Assembly: GCA_000025185.1 (NCBI GenBank) | Contig: CP001848.1 | Location: 1 to 32,000 of the forward strand | Direction of reading: 5' to 3' | DNA: 32,000 nt | Source: Pirellula staleyi DSM 6068 | GTDB taxonomy: Bacteria; Planctomycetota; Planctomycetia; Pirellulales; Pirellulaceae | Part shown: positions 26,462 to 32,000 of the stretch, piece after piece | Numbering within the stretch: position 1 is the stretch's first letter | Layout of the letters: every line of letters begins with the position of its first letter | Made by a program: the position numbers and the translations under genes | The notes under the pieces: generated by a model | Seen by the model: only the letters and a program-made list of their open reading frames with translations | Databases searched by the model: none | Told to the model about the DNA's origin: nothing

Positions 26462-27952
26462 TTAGCGCAGCAGAAGGCACATGCTGCCGGCGATGAGTAG
26501 CGCGGTGCTGAGGAGCATGAGCAGGCCGAGAATGTTCACGCGGCGATGCACTGCGGTGGCGCGGCTGGGCTGCTCGAGCGAGGCGTTGAGCAAGGCGATG
26601 CGCCGCGTGGTGCTGGGGTGGAGCCAACGCGAGAACCAGCTTTCGCTGCCGGGTGGCACCAGGGTCGACAGCGCTGCTGCGAAGTGCCGGGTCCGCTCGG
26701 GGTCGAGCCGCAGTGGTTCGCCACTCTGGCGGCAAGCCAGCAGGTCGGCATCGTGCTCGAGGAGCCTGGCCAATGCTCCCACCACCACCACGGCATGCAA
26801 AGCGAGAAGCGCGGGGGTGACGACCGTCAGCTGAAGCGTTTCCGAGATGCCCATCGAGGTCAGCCACGCGGCAAACTGGGCCATTTCCGCCGCCAGCAGC
26901 TGAGAGAGGACCAGCCAACCGACAATCGGCAACACCAGCACCCCCATGCGAAGTGGCAAGTGCCATCGCCGCAGATGCGCAAGTTCGTGGCGAACCACCA
27001 CTTCGAGTTCGTCGGCGGAAAGCTCGGCCACCAAGGCATCGGTGAGTAGGACGTAGCTGAGTCGATTGGTGACACCGACGACCAGCGCGTTGGCGACACT
27101 GCCACTGGTTTGCCAGAGCAAAATATCGCGCACCTGGGTGTGCATGTCGCGCGTGCAGGCGAGCAGACGATCGCGCAGCGGCGATGCGGGAATCGGCGTG
27201 GTGCGCCACATCCGCGTAAGGACAAACGGCAACAGCGGGAGCGCGACGAGCAGCAGCGGAAAGACCCACACCGCCACCGGCCAGCGCGCTGTGTCGGCCC
27301 TGTTTTCAGTCGCCATGAACTCGCTGATAGCAAGGACCACGAGCGCTGGCGCAAGGACCAGCAGCAGCTGATGCTTGGCCTGCAGCACCAGATAGCGTGG
27401 CAAGGCTCGGGACCAGCGCGGCAGCGTAGGAGATTGAAGCGCGAGTGCTCGATGCACTTGCCACGAGCGCTCGCGTTGCAGAAAAAACAGACCGCTCCAC
27501 AGCCCGGCGAGCGAAAGCAAGGTCGGCGCCAGCACCAGCAGATCGTCGACCAGTGGAAAGCGGGCCAAATCCCAGTTACTCCGCACCACCGCCGGCCAGC
27601 CGATCACATAGACCATCGCCACCGTCACCCCGAGCCACAGGACATAGGTTCGGTCGATCCACCGGGCCAGAAGTGCATCGGCCAGTTCGCCGGTATCCGA
27701 TTCGGGATCGCGCGGCTGATCGGCCAGGAGTCGATAGGAGCCGCCGAAGTAGGCCACCAGCCCGGGGAGCATCGCCACCGCCACCACCAGCCAAAATCGG
27801 CTGACGGGATGACTCACCGCCGCGGGAGTGGGGAGCTCCGAACTGGCGAGGGTTGCTATCAGCGAAAGCAGGATGGCAAGTTGCACGGGAGATCGTTTCG
27901 CGAGGAACGAGGGGGCGAAATCGTATCGCGCCATCCGTGCGCATCGGTCCAT
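26462..27952 (-). CDS. M48 family membrane metallopeptidase
   Basis: HELAH zinc motif (VVVRHELAHLRRWH) and downstream LLEHDADLLA (E..AD third-ligand context), embedded in a polytopic membrane protein. Confidence 0.8.
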   Translation of the reverse strand: MDRCARMARYDFAPSFLAKRSPVQLAILLSLIATLASSELPTPAAVSHPVSRFWLVVAVAMLPGLVAYFGGSYRLLADQPRDPESDTGELADALLARWIDRTYVLWLGVTVAMVYVIGWPAVVRSNWDLARFPLVDDLLVLAPTLLSLAGLWSGLFFLQRERSWQVHRALALQSPTLPRWSRALPRYLVLQAKHQLLLVLAPALVVLAISEFMATENRADTARWPVAVWVFPLLLVALPLLPFVLTRMWRTTPIPASPLRDRLLACTRDMHTQVRDILLWQTSGSVANALVVGVTNRLSYVLLTDALVAELSADELEVVVRHELAHLRRWHLPLRMGVLVLPIVGWLVLSQLLAAEMAQFAAWLTSMGISETLQLTVVTPALLALHAVVVVGALARLLEHDADLLACRQSGEPLRLDPERTRHFAAALSTLVPPGSESWFSRWLHPSTTRRIALLNASLEQPSRATAVHRRVNILGLLMLLSTALLIAGSMCLLLR

Positions 27953-28126
27953 CCACGCTAATCCCCCGCTCGGCGACCTTCAACGGCGATCGATGGCGTA
28001 TCGTCCGCCGCTACTAAAGTCGCGTGTCAATCATTCCGAATGTAGCGATTTCGGTTCGAGAATCGCCCCTGGAGCGGCCGATAATTCTTTGATATCCGCT
28101 TCGAATGATCCTTCCTGGCAGTTTGT

Positions 28127-28363
28127 ATGGTAGACGGAAACGTTTATTACTGTTGGTCTTGCGACGCCCACCGTCGCCCCACCTCGACCTCTAGCTCCCC
28201 TGTCTGCTGCCCGCGCTGCGGTCAGACACTGACCGAGGATTGCCGCCTGGTGGCCCCGGCCGAAGCACCGCTGGGACGCATGCTGCGACTCGACGTGGCC
28301 GAGGAAACTCCCGCTCCGCTCCCATCGCGCTGGCGTCTGCCGGTCGTGATTCGCAGCACCTAG
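28127..28363 (+). CDS. Small zinc-ribbon protein (hypothetical)
   Basis: CWSC...CCPRC pairs of Cys. Divergent from the M48 gene. No other support. Confidence 0.35.
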   Translation: MVDGNVYYCWSCDAHRRPTSTSSSPVCCPRCGQTLTEDCRLVAPAEAPLGRMLRLDVAEETPAPLPSRWRLPVVIRST

Positions 28364-28536
28364 AGCCGCAGCATCGGTCAGACACTCGTCAGAGACTTCT
28401 GCACCGGTTTGCGCGCTCCCGGAACTCGGCTAGATTGCCATGCTTGGCTCGACCCGCCCGACGTGCCCCCTGGGGCGCGCGTGCTCGTCGCCACTTGCAA
28501 CCGGCTATTTTGCCCTCCCACCGGAGCTCTCCACTC

Positions 28537-29292
28537 ATGTCGTTTTCACTCGCAGGGCGCGTCGCGCTCGTCACAGGCAACAGCACGGGACTAGGCAAGG
28601 CCATAGGCCTGACGCTCGGCAAAGCGGGGGCGAAAGTCCCGGTCAACTTCGCAGGGAACGAAGCCCGCGCCCAGCAAGCGGTGAAAGAATACCAAGCCGC
28701 CGGTATTGAGACCGCGCTGGTAAAAGCCGACGTCACCACCGAAGCTGGGGTTGCTAGTCTGTTTGATCAGGTCGAAGCAGCGCTGGGGAAGATTGATATT
28801 ATTGTACCCAACGCCACTTGTGCGCAGCCTCTCAAACCGATTGAGGAATATGACTGGGCCTTCTATCAATCGATGATTGATTTCTTTATCAAGAGCCCCT
28901 ACCTACTGGCCCGACGTGGCCTGCCTCATATGAAGGCGCAAAAGTGGGGTCGTATTATTAATATCACCAGCGAAGTCTTTCATCGGAGCGTGGCACCATT
29001 TAGCGCCTATGTCGCTGCCAAAGGTGGACAGATCGGCTGGAGCCGCAGCATGGCAAGCGAACTTGCTCCCTACGGCATCACCGTGAACATGGTCGCCCCC
29101 GGCTGGATTCCAGTCGAGCGCCACGAGAACGATCCCCAAGCGGAAAAGGATGCCTACGCCGCCATCATTCCGATGAAGCGCTGGGGCGTTCCCAAAGATG
29201 TCGCTGATGCCGTGCTCTACTACGCCAGCAACGAAGCCTCGTTTGTCACCGGTCAAACACTCTGCGTGAATGGCGGCAATACCCCTTGGTAA
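28537..29292 (+). CDS. SDR family oxidoreductase (FabG-like)
   Basis: ALVTGNSTGLGKAIG (TGxxxGxG), NITS, YVAAK (YxxxK), SFVTGQTLCVNGG. ATG 28537 gives 251 aa; the extension to 28240 is rejected. Confidence 0.9.
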   Translation: MSFSLAGRVALVTGNSTGLGKAIGLTLGKAGAKVPVNFAGNEARAQQAVKEYQAAGIETALVKADVTTEAGVASLFDQVEAALGKIDIIVPNATCAQPLKPIEEYDWAFYQSMIDFFIKSPYLLARRGLPHMKAQKWGRIINITSEVFHRSVAPFSAYVAAKGGQIGWSRSMASELAPYGITVNMVAPGWIPVERHENDPQAEKDAYAAIIPMKRWGVPKDVADAVLYYASNEASFVTGQTLCVNGGNTPW

Positions 29293-29384
29293 CGGGCTCT
29301 AGGCACCGCGCGTCATGCTGTGCGAACGAACTGGGCAGCGACATTTCCAAGCGATCGCTGCTCGCGCGATGCATCTGCTGATGC

Positions 29385-30182
29385 TTAAGACTTCGGCAGC
29401 GCGACGAGCTCGGTGGTCTGCTCGAAGCTGGTTCCCAGCATCGGCAGCAGCTCGTAGCCCCAGCTTTGCAGTAGCTGGCAGCAATCCTGATGCACCCCGG
29501 CAGTAAGCGAGGGGTGCGTCGACAAAAAGAGAATCGGCTTGGCGCTTTGAATCGTCGTTTTTCCGCCCAAAAGAAGCGCGAGTTCCGCCCCTTCGACATC
29601 GATCTTCATGTGCGTAGGTCGCAGCTGAAGTTCCGCTGCCACCGTGTCGAGCGTGCGGACTTCGACTTCAATCTCACCATTGCTGCAGAGTCGGCTGGTG
29701 CCACTTCCGCTCCCACCCCCGAAGCGAAGCTTCCCCGCCTCGCCACCTAAGGCATGATTGAGCGTGGTCACTTGCCGCAGGCGATTGGCCCGCACATGGC
29801 TCGTGAGGGTGCGATAGTTCTTGGGCTCGGGCTCAAACGCAACCACCTTGCCGGTCGCGCCAACCAAATGCGACGACAGCATCGTGTAGTAGCCGGTCGC
29901 CGCGCCGATATCAAACACCACATCGCCCCGATTGATGTATTTGCAAAACGCGGCTGTTTGCTCCGGCTCATACGAACCAGTGATAACGCGTGCCACTTTG
30001 CCACGGCTCGAGAGACGCCATACCATGCCGAGCATCGGACCACGCAGCACGGGAGACCAGAGCCAGTCGGCCAGCGTAGAAGAACTGCTTGACACTGCCG
30101 ATGATGCCACCGTCGGCTTAGCAATCGTGACGGTGTCGTCGGCTGATTTGCACGTGGTAGGTGCCGAGGTGACAATCGACAT
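29385..30182 (-). CDS. FkbM family SAM-dependent methyltransferase
   Basis: VVFDIGAATGYYT (SAM motif I), VVAFEPEPKNY, MKIDVEGAELALL (FkbM signature). GAGGAG Shine-Dalgarno before the ATG. Confidence 0.85.
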   Translation of the reverse strand: MSIVTSAPTTCKSADDTVTIAKPTVASSAVSSSSSTLADWLWSPVLRGPMLGMVWRLSSRGKVARVITGSYEPEQTAAFCKYINRGDVVFDIGAATGYYTMLSSHLVGATGKVVAFEPEPKNYRTLTSHVRANRLRQVTTLNHALGGEAGKLRFGGGSGSGTSRLCSNGEIEVEVRTLDTVAAELQLRPTHMKIDVEGAELALLLGGKTTIQSAKPILFLSTHPSLTAGVHQDCCQLLQSWGYELLPMLGTSFEQTTELVALPKS

Positions 30183-30383
30183 AGCAGCTCCTCAAGACTT
30201 TAATACCCAACTGCGAAAGCTTCAATCGACTGGGGGAGGAGCCGTGGTTTTAAGACAGCAGGAGTGCCGTAGCACCTGCCTTGTATCATCGAGCACAAAC
30301 CTGTTGTTCTAGCGTACAATCTGACAAATAAAGCAAAAATTGTCTTTTGAATAGAGTGCCGACTTAAGTCCTCTTCTATCTAC

Positions 30384-30432
30384 AAAAAATGGCTTAGGAT
30401 CTACTAAGTAGAAGCTAAGCCATTTTAGATTT
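30384..30432 (-). terminator. Rho-independent terminator downstream of the Tyr-rich lipoprotein gene; could act in both directions
   Basis: Perfect 12-bp stem AAAATGGCTTAG / CTAAGCCATTTT. T-rich tracts follow on both strands, with TTTTTTG on the minus strand. Confidence 0.75.
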
Positions 30433-30523
30433 TTAGAGATGGCAAACCTTTACACTCTCAAAGGTATGCCGAGCTGGACCAACATCTGTCACTGAACGGA
30501 TCCAAGGACAGATGCAACAGCGA

Positions 30524-31612
30524 CTAACGCTGATAAGTTCCATAGCTACCGGCTGGATTCTGATCGTACGAGGCGTTCTGTACGCCACTGGTGGTACGAG
30601 CGGTGCTGCCAGGACGATAACCGCCGGTCGACGACAAGCTGGCGGGAACGCCAGGCATTGCAGCCGCTGGGTTGGTGCTCATCGTGGGAGCTGGCGAAGT
30701 GGCGGTGGCTGGAGCAGCGGCATAGCCGGTCGAGCCATAGCCGGTGTCAGCCGATGGGGCTGGTTCGTACGAGCTGTTGTAGTTTGCTGGGGCCGTAGCG
30801 GGCTGAGCATAGGTCTCGGCGGCTGGCTGAGCGTAGCCAGTGGCGGCTGGGGCAGCGGCATAGCCTTCGCTGTAGCCACCTTGGCTGTAACCAGCCTGGT
30901 TGTAGCCATCGGCAGCAGGAGCAGCAGCGTAACCGGTGCTTGGATCAGCGGCAGGTGCCATCGAGGTGGGGTAGCCGGCTGGAGCTGGCGAGTAACCACC
31001 CTGTGGCGCTGGTGCTGGAGCATAGCCAGGCTGTTGGTAGTTGTCGTAACCACCGGCTGGCGAAGGATTTTGGTAGGTCGGAGCAGGAGCATAGCCCCCT
31101 GCTGCAGGCTGGGCATAAGGAGCTGCCTGGCCGTACGACTGAGCAGGCGCTGGAGCCTGTGGTGGATAGGTCTGCCAAGCCTGGGCACCCGTTTGAGCCG
31201 GGTTGCTCGTCATGCCGTAAGGGCCAGTCTGATAGCCCGAAGCTGGTGTCGCGGTCCCTGGCGTAGCGCCGTAAGCAGCGGCTGGCTGGGTGGGATAGCC
31301 CGACGTTGGAGCCATCGAATAGCCAGCTGGCTGGGTGGTGGGATAGCCCGGACGAGGTGCAGCGGCAACGCTGGTGCTGCTCGAGGGAACAGCCGTGCTC
31401 GAAGGGGTCGGCACGCTGGTGGGTGGCTTACTGGTGGCCAGGCTCGTTTCCGTTCCCTTGGTGGCCGAGCTCGACGAGCTCCATGGAGTCCAAGGACGCC
31501 ATGCCATCCACGTTGGCTTCTTCCAGCCCCAGCCGGTGCTGCAGCCGGTCGACGAACAAACGAGCACCGCCAACATCACTGCAGCTGCCCACTTGGTACC
31601 CTTGATCCGCAT
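30524..31612 (-). CDS. Low-complexity Tyr/Gly/Pro/Ala/Gln-rich putative lipoprotein
   Basis: MRIKGTKWAAAVMLAVLVCSSTGCSTG signal/lipobox, then Trp-rich WGWKKPTWMAWRPWTPW, then about 300 aa with 31 Tyr, mostly as G-Y / x-Y-[AGSQ]. ATG 31612 is preferred. Confidence 0.7.
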   Translation of the reverse strand: MRIKGTKWAAAVMLAVLVCSSTGCSTGWGWKKPTWMAWRPWTPWSSSSSATKGTETSLATSKPPTSVPTPSSTAVPSSSTSVAAAPRPGYPTTQPAGYSMAPTSGYPTQPAAAYGATPGTATPASGYQTGPYGMTSNPAQTGAQAWQTYPPQAPAPAQSYGQAAPYAQPAAGGYAPAPTYQNPSPAGGYDNYQQPGYAPAPAPQGGYSPAPAGYPTSMAPAADPSTGYAAAPAADGYNQAGYSQGGYSEGYAAAPAATGYAQPAAETYAQPATAPANYNSSYEPAPSADTGYGSTGYAAAPATATSPAPTMSTNPAAAMPGVPASLSSTGGYRPGSTARTTSGVQNASYDQNPAGSYGTYQR

Positions 31613-32000
31613 GGCGATAAATCCTTTTATCTGTTGTTGCTTCGGTCGGCCCAGGGGCAAGTTCGCCGGGCATCAGGCCGCAAGCAATCGCGATTCACAA
31701 TTCCAAACTGTCTTGGCGTTCTGCAACTGTAGGCAGCTCGCAAGTGGTGGCACGTTTCGCATCCTTACGAAACACCCATCGCTTGCGCATCGATTCCACT
31801 AAATACTTCATTCGGCCGGTACGATCCGCAACATGCAGTTAAATCGGACAAATTACTCAAGCAGCACGGCCCGAAGTATCGGAACAGTCTTCCAGAAGAC
31901 TGCTAGCACCGCGACTGACTGAAGTACGATCGCCCAAACTGCTTTTGCTCATCGCTGGGTTCTGGCAGGAGCCGAGTGGCGGTCGCTGTCGACCTACAAC

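Overview
The window is high-GC DNA with gene content typical of Planctomycetota, probably Pirellulales. That placement is an inference from one hallmark: a DUF1559/H-X9-DG prepilin-like protein followed by a small lipoprotein. It opens at dnaA and is mostly housekeeping. Recognisable genes are dnaA, a PQQ-like beta-propeller, rhomboid protease, Mn-catalase, two BON-domain proteins and tRNA-Val(UAC). There is also a pyrimidine-salvage cluster: cdd converges on a translationally coupled upp-nupC pair. The rest are a HEAT-repeat secreted protein, a large multidomain membrane-anchored trypsin-like protease, an orphan STAS protein, tpx, comEC, gltX, an M48 peptidase, an SDR, an FkbM methyltransferase and a Tyr/Gly/Pro/Ala-rich lipoprotein. 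I found no CRISPR array, transposase, integrase, rRNA or recognisable defence or toxin-antitoxin module. All protein calls rest on motifs read from the supplied translations; no searches were run. The structure least explained by the genes is non-coding. (1) A conserved two-hairpin intergenic element of about 125 nt has two full and two partial copies. (2) A family of CGTAGGTC-hairpin repeats occurs in tandem, direct and inverted arrangements. (3) An unassigned stretch of about 375 nt lies between tRNA-Val and a very strong intrinsic terminator and could be a long trailer or an ncRNA. The more notable proteins are the FUS-like Tyr-rich lipoprotein, the DPFG-repeat tail on the beta-propeller, and the zinc-ribbon/PEGA/Trx-like/trypsin protease. 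None of these amounts to a demonstrated novel system; they are leads. Many long ORFs in the track are antisense shadows of real genes, as expected in GC-rich DNA.
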